A stretch of DNA of 60,930 nucleotides, counting the filler, from Asterionella formosa (taxonomy: Eukaryota): the NCBI GenBank assembly GCA_002256025.1. It is 4 parts of 4 records of this genome, joined end to end, with 100 filler letters (N's around TTAATTAATTAA, not from the genome) between each part and the next. Parts side by side here need not be neighbours in the genome. Positions count along the whole stretch, not along the records: positions 15,302 to 30,444 come from NKIB01005574.1; positions 30,545 to 45,686 come from NKIB01005577.1; 2 more parts are not named here. One strand, written 5' to 3'. A program made the position numbers and the translations under genes. Under the pieces are notes generated by a model. That model saw only the letters and a list, made by a program, of their open reading frames with translations. It was not told where the DNA came from and did not search any database. Positions 25,042-36,615 of the stretch are shown here, in pieces. Numbering within the stretch: the first letter of the stretch is position 1; every line of letters starts with the position of its first letter.

Positions 25042-26634
25042 ATGCTACGCGCTGTCGAATCCCTGGAGCCAGAGTTGACACGTCTATGCCAGTCCAAGAG
25101 CTGGAGTTTGGTCGAAGAACGAGCAGTGTCTCATCCCCACGAGGCAACTCCTTCAGATGTTGCCAAAGCAGGAGGCGGAACTACTGTTTTGGCCTTAGCA
25201 ATCCGACATGGTGCCCCAATAATGGTCATTGAATCTCTCTCTGAAGCTAGGAGAGCGCAGTTGGGAATTGTCCATAAAATTAGAGGAAGTGTTCTTCACG
25301 AGGCTATACGGCACCACGCCCCCCTAAAGACTGTTGGCTACTTAGTGGAAATCTTGGTCCAGCAAGAGGGAAAATACTTTCTCGGAACCCAGGACGATAT
25401 GGAACGCACCCCTTTGCACCATATGATGCTGAAAGTAGTCAATTCAATGGACTGTCCTGGAAGCCTCTGGCAAATGATACGAAATTTGGTACTCTTATTC
25501 CCCCCTGCAATCCAAGCCTTTGATAGCGACGGAAACACACCACTCATGCTTCTTCTCCTTCACCATGACCCTTATAGAAACAGAGGTGCACATGACGATC
25601 ATGTATATCGTATCGTGCAACTCTTGGTCACTCTTTGTCCCCAAGCTGCCAGTCACTCACGACGGGTGAGCTTGCAGTGCGCGCATCAACAGCCTAACGA
25701 AGAAGGACCTACTCCGTTGACTTTCGCACTTTTGTACGGCCGATGTGAAAAGATCATTTTTACACTCATTGAAGCCTCTTACAGGGCTGGTATCAACGCT
25801 TGCTTGAAGAAAATAACCGGATACCAAGAAACTGCTCTTCATGTCGCCGTCAGCTTAAGGTATTCGCACGAAATGCTTAAACGATTAGTGCAAATGGAAC
25901 CAGCGAGTCTTCATTGCAGTGACAAACACGGCTTGACCCCATTGGATTGGCTGTGGATTAGACATGTATTAGATAGCCGAGATACGCACCGTATCCAGGT
26001 GTTGGCATCCACTCGCAGGTTTTTGCCCAATTCATTTGTTGAGTGGCATAAACGAGCCCTTGAATGCCCAAACAACTTTGATCAACGACAAATCGAACAG
26101 TTTTGGCAAACCATGAAATTTATGGTGAATGCTACAAGAGAAGTAGCTGGAAATCGTACATTTGAGGTTCAGCCAACTTTCCTGCATTCTGTCTGTACGT
26201 CTCATTGTCCACTTGCTATTGTTCGACTTGCACTGCAGAAGAATAGAAGCGATGTCACCATTAAGGACGCCTTGGGTAGACTCCCGCTTCACAATGCTGC
26301 CGGTAGATCTGGTTACAAGATTAAGGTACCAATTGGTTTTTCTCAAGTAGACGAGGTTATCGAAGAGGAGTCACCGGTCCACATACTTCTGAATGAATTT
26401 CCAGAGGGGGCCAGGATTTCAGACTCTCAGCGCCAACTCCCGCTTCATTGCGCCATTGAAGCTAATTTAAGCAGTGAAGTGATTGATGACTTATTGCGGC
26501 GTAATCCCGATGCGCTGGAACGTCGAGATGGTAAGACGTTTCTCTACCCCTTCCTTCAGGCCAATGGTGTTCAAACTGCCTATGCACTGCTCAAGAGAGA
26601 CCCCACCTTCATTGCATTGGCGACGACCTCTTGA
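25042..26634 (+). CDS. Ankyrin-repeat-like protein (diatom type)
   Basis: 530-aa ORF with RTPLHH, DGNTPLM, ETALHVA, GLTPLD, GRLPLHNAA, QLPLHCAI and a terminal D..T.LYPF motif. Confidence 0.88.
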   Translation: MLRAVESLEPELTRLCQSKSWSLVEERAVSHPHEATPSDVAKAGGGTTVLALAIRHGAPIMVIESLSEARRAQLGIVHKIRGSVLHEAIRHHAPLKTVGYLVEILVQQEGKYFLGTQDDMERTPLHHMMLKVVNSMDCPGSLWQMIRNLVLLFPPAIQAFDSDGNTPLMLLLLHHDPYRNRGAHDDHVYRIVQLLVTLCPQAASHSRRVSLQCAHQQPNEEGPTPLTFALLYGRCEKIIFTLIEASYRAGINACLKKITGYQETALHVAVSLRYSHEMLKRLVQMEPASLHCSDKHGLTPLDWLWIRHVLDSRDTHRIQVLASTRRFLPNSFVEWHKRALECPNNFDQRQIEQFWQTMKFMVNATREVAGNRTFEVQPTFLHSVCTSHCPLAIVRLALQKNRSDVTIKDALGRLPLHNAAGRSGYKIKVPIGFSQVDEVIEEESPVHILLNEFPEGARISDSQRQLPLHCAIEANLSSEVIDDLLRRNPDALERRDGKTFLYPFLQANGVQTAYALLKRDPTFIALATTS

Positions 26635-26735
26635 AAATTAATTCTTGATAAAGAGTGCAGAGAAAATCTAAAACCAAGATCTAGATTGCAAGTCTGCAAG
26701 GCGATAAATTATTAATAAGATATAACCATCATACG

Positions 26736-29081
26736 TTACTTATCCTTGGCCTTCCGGAGTGCATCAGAACTAAATTCTTGACGGAGGCCTTCGTATCTTT
26801 CCAGTTCTACTTTGTTCACACTCGGAATCACATTCTTGGCAGCCTCGAGAAGATCGTTTTTGGAAACAATAGGAACAAGCCTAGCATCACACCATTCATC
26901 CAAAATCTCATCTAACTCAATCTTCGTCGTCGCTAACCCTGCTTGTCTTCCTTGGAGCTCCTTGTCGGCATCCACGCACAGTCGTTGAAGTGATTTCATA
27001 AGAGCACCACTCGCTATGGCTGAAAAGTCAGCCCCACTTAAGTTAGGCGAAAATGAATCAACAACATTGTTTGAAATCGACATGGGGTCGTCGTCGAGCT
27101 TGAACTTTCGAATCAAAGCAGCCAATATCTTTGCTCGATCCTCCGTAGTTACTGCCAGTCCTAAAAATACTAATCGGTCAAGGCGACCTGGGCGTAACAA
27201 AGAAGGATCCAGCAAGTCAGGTCTGTTCGTGGCGCCTATAATAAAAACTCTCCCTTTTGTTTGTCTACCGTCCAACTCAGACAGTAGAGTTGAAACTACT
27301 CGTTCCATGACGCCGCCTTTGTCGCCCCCACCACCTCGACGAGGAGCTAGTGAATCTAACTCGTCAAAGAAGAGAATGGCTGCCGCTGGTTTGTTCCGCT
27401 GCGCAGCGACTCTAGCAGTTTCGAATATCTGTCTCACGTTCGCTTCGGACTCCCCAACGTAACTTCCAAGTAATTCCGGACCTTTTACTGACAAGAATGG
27501 TAAACCACATTCAGTGGCAACGGCCTTTGCCACCAACGTCTTGCCGGTCCCAGGAGGGCCATACAGAAGAATACCAGAGCGATTACTTCCTTCAAAAAGT
27601 TCTGGATATCGAAGGGGGAGCTCAATAGCATCCATGACTTCAGTTCGAACATGTGCCAAGCCACCGACATCTTCCCATCTAACGGTTGGAATCTTGGTGG
27701 TTAGCGTTTCCTTTCGAGAATCCAGTTTGAAACATAGGTCTGCTAGATATGCTTGTGACTCTTTTGATGAGTTAAAATTTTTCGTATTGTACATTTTTCT
27801 GATTTTGGAAATTTCAACTGCAGTCCGACCAAGCAGCAAAGTCGAATCAAAGGTCAAATCGTCACGCCAGAGTTGTCGAGCATAGAGTTCATCTGGAATC
27901 GGAACCATCACTGTTGGAAATACAAGATTCTGCATCCATGGCCCAGAATTAAGAGGAGTGTTTGTTGAAAATACTACGAGAACTGGAGGAGCGAATCTCT
28001 GAGAGGAAACCCCTGTACAGATAGCGGTTTCTAGGGAACTAAGCAATGCTGTCCAAATACGTTGTTCCTCCATGTGTCGCACTGGTTCATCTATCGCGGA
28101 GACTTCTTCATTTAGACCAATTAAATGTAGCACGCACGGTGCATATTGATGAGCCAAATACAACGCTGCCTTGATTCCTGCTAACCTATCAACCAATCCA
28201 CCAGTAGTAACAGTGTGACCCGTAGAATGAGCAAAGGCCGCCAACCCACGTACCTGAAGGCACCTCATACCTAATTGGCCAGCAGCGGTTTCCACGCAGA
28301 TGTCTATGTGATTTTCTCTCGATCCAAGGACGTGAAGTATTTTTTGGGAGGGTGGAGATGTTACGGAAAGTAGTAGCGCGTTGCGTGTCCTGGCCACGGA
28401 AGGATGAGGCATTCCTTCTATATGTGGAGGTAGCCTCCTTATCGGTTCCGTAAAAGGATAAGGCTCCAGCTTCCATTCTGTATTATTTGATGATATGTAT
28501 ACCATCTTGCAAATGGTGTTATTGTATTCTCCGTTAATGCTGTGAACTTCGAAGACAAACGTCTCTGACTTGTCTTGGACTGAAATCAAAGATCCAACTG
28601 AAAGAAGTCTAGTCTCGTTGCCAACGGACGGAAATTCAGCAGTTGTTGAGAGCTGATTCTTTATTATTCTTTTGGGAACCGGTCGACCGAGCGGCCTCAG
28701 AGTCACTGTTGATGCTAGTATTGGTTCATTTTCACAAGCTTGGATCCCATTTTGAGCCATGTCTCTTCCATCTGTGCATGCTTCACCGAACCAGGAACAC
28801 CCCAACGAAGCAGCAACTGTGGGGGAAACAATCACAGTATCTCCATCTTCGGCTTCTAGATCGACCATCAAATAAATGGCAACTCCATATCCATCGTTCG
28901 AATTCAGCCACACCAACGCTCCGTCTTTCAGCGACAATTGCACAAACAGGATGATGGAAGCATATCCCTCGCTTTGTTTTCTTTTTCTTCGGTCGATGCG
29001 AACTTTCACCTCGTGTTGGGGAGGAGCAGGAGGTCGGCAAAAATCGCTACAACGAAATGACAGTCGGTTGCTAGCTGGCAT
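26736..29081 (-). CDS. PEX6: Peroxisomal AAA+ ATPase PEX6
   Basis: [74 protein letters not shown] and [19 protein letters not shown]. The first AAA module is degenerate, as expected for PEX6. Confidence 0.92.
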   Translation of the reverse strand: MPASNRLSFRCSDFCRPPAPPQHEVKVRIDRRKRKQSEGYASIILFVQLSLKDGALVWLNSNDGYGVAIYLMVDLEAEDGDTVIVSPTVAASLGCSWFGEACTDGRDMAQNGIQACENEPILASTVTLRPLGRPVPKRIIKNQLSTTAEFPSVGNETRLLSVGSLISVQDKSETFVFEVHSINGEYNNTICKMVYISSNNTEWKLEPYPFTEPIRRLPPHIEGMPHPSVARTRNALLLSVTSPPSQKILHVLGSRENHIDICVETAAGQLGMRCLQVRGLAAFAHSTGHTVTTGGLVDRLAGIKAALYLAHQYAPCVLHLIGLNEEVSAIDEPVRHMEEQRIWTALLSSLETAICTGVSSQRFAPPVLVVFSTNTPLNSGPWMQNLVFPTVMVPIPDELYARQLWRDDLTFDSTLLLGRTAVEISKIRKMYNTKNFNSSKESQAYLADLCFKLDSRKETLTTKIPTVRWEDVGGLAHVRTEVMDAIELPLRYPELFEGSNRSGILLYGPPGTGKTLVAKAVATECGLPFLSVKGPELLGSYVGESEANVRQIFETARVAAQRNKPAAAILFFDELDSLAPRRGGGGDKGGVMERVVSTLLSELDGRQTKGRVFIIGATNRPDLLDPSLLRPGRLDRLVFLGLAVTTEDRAKILAALIRKFKLDDDPMSISNNVVDSFSPNLSGADFSAIASGALMKSLQRLCVDADKELQGRQAGLATTKIELDEILDEWCDARLVPIVSKNDLLEAAKNVIPSVNKVELERYEGLRQEFSSDALRKAKDK

Positions 29082-29243
29082 GATCAAGAGGTAAAAAGGG
29101 CGAACTTTGTGAGGATCACCATTATCTCCACATCTCTCTTCATATCAAGAAGGGCGGAACAGATCAATGAATGATTGCTGACATTATCATATGTACCGCT
29201 TACCCTGTATGTGATGTGTTGTACCGGTGCAAGGTTGATAAAA

Positions 29244-30444
29244 TGTAGGGAATCCAAGGAGTCGAGAATCAATATTTTTAGTAGTGATTAGAAACCAAGA
29301 CCCAAAACATGTGACACTTATTGACAAATGACTGGAGATGTTTACTTATTGACAAGTGAATCAGATGCTCACTTATTGTCAAATGAATAAGTGATGCTCA
29401 CTTACTGTCAAATGAATATGCTCATTTATTGTCAAATGAATAAGTGATGCTCATTTATTGTCAAATGAATAAGTGATGCTCACTTATTGTCAAATAAAAA
29501 TGTTTACTTATTGTCAAAGTAAGCAAGATCATTTTGATGGGATCAAGGAAAGTGTGAGAAGTGTTGTTTGGGATTACATGAGTTATCAGGCAAGAACAAG
29601 ACTAGATAGAATATTAACAGAAAGCTTGCTCACAATATTACAAAGTGTAAGTATAGGTTTTCAGCTTTAGTGATCTTAAAAGTAAGATCTGTGATATTTC
29701 ACTAGACAATTTGACACGTTTTAAAAAGAACCTACAGGTCTAGAGACATCATGGTTATGACCGAGCGATGAGAACAAATCAAGTGAGACTGTTACTTGAT
29801 CAAGTTTGATGGAAGTGAAACTGCCTGGCATGAGTAGAGTATCAAGACTCTTCAGCTTGCGAAATCTAAAGGTTTTAGGCATGTTTATTCAAGGGACATG
29901 AAGCCAATTGATGATGATGCCTATTTGGTGTCTACTGATGATGACGAGAAGAAGAAGTACGAGTTGAATGACCACAAGGCATATCAGCTATTGATTCTGA
30001 GTGTCAGTGACATTGCATTTGGGATTGTGAATTCTGCCAAGACAGATGATTTGATGGGTGGAGATGCTTTTCTTGCCTGGCAGTAGTATTTGGAGGATCG
30101 ATATGCTCCTCATCAAGTTACTGATTTGATTCAGCTAACAGGTGAATTCAATGATTGTACTCTGGAGAGTACGAAAGCAGACCCAGATGAATGGTTCATT
30201 GCTATTGATAACATCAAGAGCAGAATGCGTCAAATTGGTATATCATTTGAAAAGAAAGAGGTTAAAGTCATTGCGCACATGATGAACAAGTTACCTAAGG
30301 AGTACAGTGAAGTCATAACTGTTATTGAAGGAATGGGTACTATTACTTTATCAGATTTGAAATCTAAACTTTGTGCATTCTACAAAAGGAAGTTCAAGGA
30401 TTTAAATACCAACAAGATTGCTTTGTATGCAAATGGTAAATTCA
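29244..30444 (+). mobile_element. Ty1/copia retrotransposon: 5' LTR (29244-29736) and inactivated gag, cut by the contig end
   Basis: LTR bounded by TGTAGG...CCTACA. gag reads KFDG..AW...AYQLLILS...GDAFLAWQ*..RYAP...DPDEWF...NKLPKEY, with stops and a frameshift. Confidence 0.88.
29315..29524. repeat. Eight tandem 24-29-nt units inside the LTR
   Basis: Core YA(C/T)TTATTG(A/T)CAA at 29315, 29343, 29370, 29399 (TTACTG variant), 29423, 29452, 29481 and 29505. Full units are hairpins: CACTTATT-GTCAAATG-AATAAGTG. Confidence 0.92.
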
Positions 30445-30544
30445 NNNNNNNNNNNNNNNNNNNNNNNNNNNNNNNNNNNNNNNNNNNNTTAATTAATTAA
30501 NNNNNNNNNNNNNNNNNNNNNNNNNNNNNNNNNNNNNNNNNNNN
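30445..30544. other. Artificial contig spacer
   Basis: N44-TTAATTAATTAA-N44. Confidence 0.97.
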
Positions 30545-30599
30545 TACCGGTAGTATATTCATACGACACTCTCAATTCATAAAAATATATTGGCAGATC

Positions 30600-31601
30600 A
30601 TGACCGAGATCTTGGGCCCTCCTTCTAAACGCTTTCGCCCTGACCTTGCACTCGTTTCGTACAATGATGATCCGCTCCGTACTTCCTCACTGGCAGAGCC
30701 GACGATGAAACTGACAGGTCACACAGGAAGCGTCTACTGTTTGAGTTATTCGCCAGACGGCGAGTCCTTGGTGAGCGGCAGCTTCGACATGATGGCCTTG
30801 CTTTGGAACGCCACTGGTTACTGCGAGAACTACAACGTACTTGAAGGGCACAAGAACGCCATTTTGGACATTAAGTGGTCCTCCGATGGCGAACACGTCG
30901 TGACGGCCAGTGCGGACAAGACCATGGGGTGGTTCCATGCCAACACGGGCGCACGGATCAAGCGCTTCCAAGGGCACGGGAGCATTGTCAATGCTGTTGA
31001 CACGGCCAAGATATCCTCAAACTTGGTGGCGTCAGTGAGCGACGACTGTACATGCAAGTTGTGGGATGCGAGGCAAAAGGGGGCGACTGCCACCATGGAG
31101 AACGCATTTCAACTCACGTCGGTGGCGTTTGCGGATGAGACACATACTGTGTATACTGGAGGGATTGATAATGGAATTACAGCTTGGGATATTAGAAGAG
31201 GCGAGCGCATTTACACCATGAAGGGACACACAGACACAATCACCGATCTGGCTCTTCATCCAAAGGGAACGCATCTACTCTCCAATTCCATGGACGGCAC
31301 TCTCAAGTCATGGGACATTAGGCCGTTTGTCACTGGCAAACGACACGACAAATCATTTATAGGCGCTACTCATAATGCTGAAAAGGGACTGTTATCATGT
31401 TCTTGGTCAGCGAATGGTACCATGGTCGCGGCTGGGTCAGCGGACTGTATGGTGCACATTTGGGATGAATTGACAACTGAGGAATTGTATTTGCTTCCTG
31501 GACACAAGGGATGTGTCAATTCTGTAATCTTTCATCCGAAAGAGAACATGGTTGCATCAGGGAGTTCGGACAAGAGCATCTACGTGGGGGAGTTAGGGTA
31601 G
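30600..31601 (+). CDS. SNRNP40: U5 snRNP 40-kDa WD40 protein
   Basis: RTSSL..P.M.LTGH N-terminus, seven WD40 repeats, LLSNSMD..L..WDIRPF, HNAEKGLL.CSWS, LYLLPGH.G.VN and IYVGEL at the end. Confidence 0.95.
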   Translation: MTEILGPPSKRFRPDLALVSYNDDPLRTSSLAEPTMKLTGHTGSVYCLSYSPDGESLVSGSFDMMALLWNATGYCENYNVLEGHKNAILDIKWSSDGEHVVTASADKTMGWFHANTGARIKRFQGHGSIVNAVDTAKISSNLVASVSDDCTCKLWDARQKGATATMENAFQLTSVAFADETHTVYTGGIDNGITAWDIRRGERIYTMKGHTDTITDLALHPKGTHLLSNSMDGTLKSWDIRPFVTGKRHDKSFIGATHNAEKGLLSCSWSANGTMVAAGSADCMVHIWDELTTEELYLLPGHKGCVNSVIFHPKENMVASGSSDKSIYVGELG

Positions 31602-32562
31602 AGGAACACTAGGCTTCAATGATGACCACCTTGACTATTGGACACTTTCTTGTCAATACTATACAGTATAATCCCGGATTGTCATCATGGGTTTCATAGT
31701 TAGAAAACAGAAACCGAATGTCCAGATGACAGAGTTCAAAAAAACGAGCGTGTGTGAAAAAAAGTAACTCTGTGGACTTTCCATGGAGCATTTCCGCTAC
31801 CAATATTATTGTGTCCCTGATAGTTATTTGCTGGGTGAGGCGAATTCAGCAGAAGTTTGAGAGGTAAAAAAGGATTTATAAACCTACTAGGTACAAGGCA
31901 GTTTGTAGCACGCACGACTTTATCTCGCTGTGTTGCAAACGAAATTCATTCGTCCATTAAAGGCAAGAATTTCATTGAAAAAAACTACATATATCTCCCG
32001 AGATGTCAACTGTTTTCCTCCTTCTAGCGGAGTACTGACGAGAGCACAGCCCAATATTGAGACAACATGGCACCAAACTTTATAATGTTTGCTACAATAT
32101 GTTTTTAGTAAGAGAATAGACACTTTGTGCTTTGATGCATTGTCCTTTATTTAACAACAAAATATCGTCCTTCCAATTACCCAATTCTAATGTCAAAATG
32201 GAGTTGTGCATCATGATGGGAACTGTACTGCCTAGTTTTGAAGGCTTTTCAAATGGGTGTAGCTAATATTCTCACTCCCAATCCTCCATTCCTTATTAGT
32301 TCTATGCATGAGATGAGGCTTTTGAAGGCCACAAGTCTGTCCTCGAGAGAAATGTACTGCCGAGTTTCGACAACTTTTTAGAGAAATCCCTTAACTTTTT
32401 TCCTTTTCTTGGAAATTCGACAACGTGTCAAAACAGTTCTCGACAACTTTTATACTACCGGTACCGTATGTGATCTGTCCTCAAACTCTGACGTTTACTC
32501 TCACTACATGGAAGTATTGGTTCGACATAAAGGTTATTCTAGGTACCGGTAGAGTATAGTAA

Positions 32563-32590
32563 CTCTTGGAGTTTCTTGGATTTTCTACGA
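32563..32590. promoter_or_regulatory. Heat-shock-element-like array upstream of the sHSP gene
   Basis: CTCttGGAgtTTCttGGAttTTCtaCGA shows alternating inverted pentamers. A second array, TTCttGGAaaTTC, lies at about 32406-32418. Confidence 0.55.
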
Positions 32591-32932
32591 TGTCACGCAG
32601 TCATGCATTATTATCAAGCGGTTCTCATTCTTTGCTCTATTTTTCTGCCCAACTCGTTTGTTGTACGAGGACACTCCATGATATTCCTGCAATTCCAGTG
32701 CACTCCATAAGACTACAGGGTTATTTGGTATGTACATCCTCATGGCCGTGGTCTAAATACTAAAAACAAAGAACTGAGCGACACGTAGCGTTTGGCCGCG
32801 TGGCATATTTTTTCCAGATGAGTCGTGAGTCTGACAAAGAACCGGTATCATGCAAAGTTCTCACAAAATCTGATCAAACGCGAACGCGAACGCAAACGAA
32901 AAAACCATATCCAACCAGTCCAACAAACAAAA

Positions 32933-33622
32933 ATGAACCTTATCAAGAAAATCATCGTCCTTCTTGCCTTGATGATTTCCTCCGCTCATGCCCGTGGCCG
33001 TGGAGGTTATCACTACAACAGGGGTCGTGGCTGTCGTGCTGATGGACAAATTGTTCCTCGTACCCATTTATTTCCATCTCAGTCCTCTGGTATTGATCTC
33101 TTGTCTGATATATTTAGTGTTCCAATTTACATGAATAGTCTACTTCGACAAAGTGAGGCACAATTTGATCGTATGGAGCGCTCTACCCCGCGTTATCACA
33201 TTTCCGAGACGGAGACTGGTACAGAGTTAACCATGGAAGTTCCTGGAGTTTCAGCTAAAGACCTATCCATCGAGATTCAAGATGATAATCTACTTCGAAT
33301 CAGTGGTGCTCGTCGATACCAAGAACATGGGAGTGACCATGAATACAAATTTGAACAAACATTTTCGTTGGACAACGTGAATGCTGATGACATCAAGGTA
33401 ACTCTCGCTTCGGGGATTCTTCGAATTTCGGCGCCCAGGAAAGAAAAAGTGATGGCTCGAAAGATAGCAATCGAAGAAGCTGTTCCAGAGGCCATTGCAA
33501 TCGGAACGAAAGCGACAAACAAGGGAGAATCAACTGACGAGAAGGATACAAAAGTCAGTGAAGCGACTATTGAGGTCGATGGGCTTAGCATTTCAGAAGA
33601 TGAAGACGCCTTCGACGCGTAA
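32933..33622 (+). CDS. Small heat-shock protein (HSP20/alpha-crystallin) with an N-terminal signal peptide
   Basis: MEVPGVSAKDLSIEI...LRISGAR...FEQTFSL...LASGILRISAPR. MNLIKKIIVLLALMISSAHA is a signal peptide. Confidence 0.92.
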   Translation: MNLIKKIIVLLALMISSAHARGRGGYHYNRGRGCRADGQIVPRTHLFPSQSSGIDLLSDIFSVPIYMNSLLRQSEAQFDRMERSTPRYHISETETGTELTMEVPGVSAKDLSIEIQDDNLLRISGARRYQEHGSDHEYKFEQTFSLDNVNADDIKVTLASGILRISAPRKEKVMARKIAIEEAVPEAIAIGTKATNKGESTDEKDTKVSEATIEVDGLSISEDEDAFDA

Positions 33623-35202
33623 TTACATACGGAGATACGCGATAGATAGCTTCATACATATTTACATCGAAAAATAGGGCCAAATCATAGCTGACCATGA
33701 AGAAATCTTCAGAAACACTTATCCCTTTCTAGCTAACGAACAATGTCCTTGCCAAGAATCCAGGTCGAGAATAAAGGCAGTTTACATGAAATACAGAACG
33801 TTCACCCGTAGCTATGAGATTTCTTCCCACGATTGCTGTCACGTCAAAAGGAGAAGGGTGACATCATAATAGTTCCTACCCATGGACTGCTTTGTGGATA
33901 CACTTCTAGAACTAAAAATCTTATCAAATTCATTGGGAGTTATGAATGTTGTAAAAAGGACAATACTTGTCATTCCTTCATTATTTGCATTTGTACAACA
34001 TCACTGAAGCAACAAGGCAGAAACAATAAAACCGTCCCCAGATCCCGAATAATTGATACGAAGGCTTTTTTATGATTATAGTATTATTCTATTACCAGTT
34101 ATAGAATGACCATTACGATCGAATATCATTATATGTCAGAGTCGGACGACATTAGACGTTGAATCAAATATAATGCCATCGCTACCTTTTGTATAGCTCA
34201 AAATTTCTAATAAATACTTAAGGAATTAGTTGTCATTACAGAAATTTCTGCTTCTACAATCTAGAACTACCCCAAGAGTCTGCCGTCTACGTCATCCTGC
34301 CTCATTGCAAGAGCTGTCGATAGTACTATTCATCTTTAACAAGTGGAGGAAGGAGATGCAGTGCTCACAGGAGTTATGGTTTTAGAGGTGGAAAATTGAG
34401 TGGAATTGGATTAAAGAAGGAGTGAATTGAGGAGAATCCTGTTATGGATTTTACCAAGGTCGCCGGCCAGTCAGGATCAGGAACCAATCAAGTAGGAGCA
34501 GAAACTGTTCATGGAAGTACCAAAGGAAATCAGTACTACAGATTTTCTTCTGAACCAATTATAAATGTCACTAGGAGAATTCATTGTGCTGGTTTTTGAT
34601 ATTATTCCTGTACCTTTGCAGTTATTATATTAGGGAGCATCAACTGCATAATTGATATAAAACAAACAAGTTAAACAATATATTAGGACACTCTTTCCAG
34701 GCTCATTATTGTTCTCCTCTCAGTTAGCTGTTCGTGGTGGAAGTGGGAAGATCTCCTGCTGGAATGCTATCCAGTACTCTATAGATCTTCATAATGTTCT
34801 TGAGTTTATATTAATAACAAGGAATATGCAGCAATTAATTTGAACTGGCTGTTCATGTAAAAGGCATGTATATCATCTCATTTGGGTCTACTGGTATTCT
34901 TATCTTCGGGACCATGAGGAGGCACTGACATTTCCCGAATACGAAATACGAATATTGTGCCATGGTAGATTTTCAATCTTTGATCGTTGAAACTCGGGCA
35001 CCAAAAGGTTTGGCCTATTATCATATAAATTGAATGTTTCATCCTCATCACAAAAGGTCTTGAGATCTGAGGGCAATGGATGAAATAGGCAGTATACTGA
35101 CTATTATGTGCAGTTAGTATTCTTAAATGTTTACATTTTCTTTTATTATTATTATTATTATTGACAGTACATTTACCAGCACACTGTTTTGTCGACAGCA
35201 TT

Positions 35203-35868
35203 TCAATTACTGCCAGAGGACGCAGCATTGTTATTACTACTACTACCTGCTCCTTGTTTACTTTGCCAGCTTCGATTCCCACCAGCGGCAAAAGGTACCA
35301 CTCTTACCACCAAATCGCGTTGACGTAAGGCTCGTCCGTAGGTCAAGCACTCTTCTCTCGACCAAGTTCCTAAACATGCCATACCAAAGTCTTGTGCCAC
35401 CATACTAGCATCCAAGGCATCATCAAATGGCATTTCCAAAATATATTGTAAATTACCACTTACATAATTGAGTGTGATTTTCGGTCTGTCCACAAATGTT
35501 TCACCCAACAGTAATATATGAAATGGATTATCCATTTCTCTGGATTCATTTGGATCTTGTAAATATTCCAATGGTCCATCCTTGCGCTTGTCTTGTTGTT
35601 CTTGACCGTCGTCACGGTTGTTGTCCTTATTGGGTGTGGTAGAACTTCGCTTCACTCTTTCTCGAGTTGGAGCTTCAATCGTACTAGCAGCAATAGCAAC
35701 AGTAGCAGTACGACTACCAGTGGAACTCCTATATGTCAACTGTAGGGCCGATCCAACAGGACGAATACAATGATGCAATGTTGCTTGTCGTGGTGCCCAG
35801 CAATCTCCACCTGTTGTCCAAGTAGCAACGAGAAAGAACAACAAAGCAAGTGTCACAAGAGGAGACAT
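35203..35868 (-). CDS. ClpS-like adaptor-fold protein with a bipartite plastid presequence
   Basis: PFHILLL...YV...L..ILEM..D.A....AQDFGMA.LGTW.REEC..YG.AL..RDL.VRVVP follows the ClpS core pattern. The signal peptide ends GDC-WAP and is followed by a Ser/Thr/Arg-rich transit peptide. Confidence 0.7.
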   Translation of the reverse strand: MSPLVTLALLFFLVATWTTGGDCWAPRQATLHHCIRPVGSALQLTYRSSTGSRTATVAIAASTIEAPTRERVKRSSTTPNKDNNRDDGQEQQDKRKDGPLEYLQDPNESREMDNPFHILLLGETFVDRPKITLNYVSGNLQYILEMPFDDALDASMVAQDFGMACLGTWSREECLTYGRALRQRDLVVRVVPFAAGGNRSWQSKQGAGSSSNNNAASSGSN

Positions 35869-36122
35869 GATCGTGATGGGAGCTTTGGTGTTTCTATAGA
35901 ACACGAGTTGTGGAAAGGGATAACAGGAATAATGATGTGATTGTACCCGGTAGTGACGAGACGAACAAGAATACAGGAGAGAAGGAAGCAGAAGAAAGAA
36001 AATGCCACATGTCATCCGAGAATTCTTTTGATGTGTACATTTAGTACCGGCTATATTATAGCTACACCAGCACACAGAAAATCTTGCTGACTACGTTGGT
36101 CCTGCAGACGTATGTTGGATAC

Positions 36123-36291
36123 AGTACCAGGTACCCTGGTACCTGGTACCAGGTACTGTACATACATCAGCCACTCATATGTAAGTAATGTACAGATTTT
36201 TGCTGTGGGGGGGGTCCCTGGTACCCTGGTGGATGTGCAGACCGGTACCGTTATATTCTGGTTTGTTAGAATGCTACCAGGTACCGGTACC
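36123..36291. repeat. (GGTACCW)n clusters in the divergent promoter between the ClpS-like and SET genes
   Basis: GTACCAGGTACCCTGGTACCTGGTACCAGGTAC (36124), CCCTGGTACCCTGG (36216) and TACCAGGTACCGGTACC (36275). Confidence 0.85.
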
Positions 36292-36615
36292 ATGTGTATT
36301 GTGGACTCACTACGATAAGAAATCATTACAAGTTACCATAATATTTCTCATCCAAACAGCCACCATTCCTTGACACTTTCTTTTCACATCACAGAGCGGT
36401 TTTTTTGTTAAAACGACAAAAACAAGGGCCTGGCTCTGTGATTATCGAGAGTTGTTACATACAACATACCGGTAGGTGAAACATCATCAGGCACATTACA
36501 TCAACAAAAGCAATGGGATATCACATTCCGGTATTTGCTTAGTAGTCGTCTTATCAGAGAAGCATTGGATCGTCATTACAAAAGCATTTTCTTTTTTGCT
36601 TCATTACAGCATGAA

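Noticed and set aside
27016..28954. Antisense and alternative-frame ORFs over PEX6 (similar ones over the CCC, TPR and SGNH genes)
   Set aside because: Shadows of real CDSs with no motifs of their own.
29315..29524. CRISPR-like array of palindromic repeats
   Set aside because: No unique spacers and no cas genes; eukaryotic context; lies inside a copia LTR.
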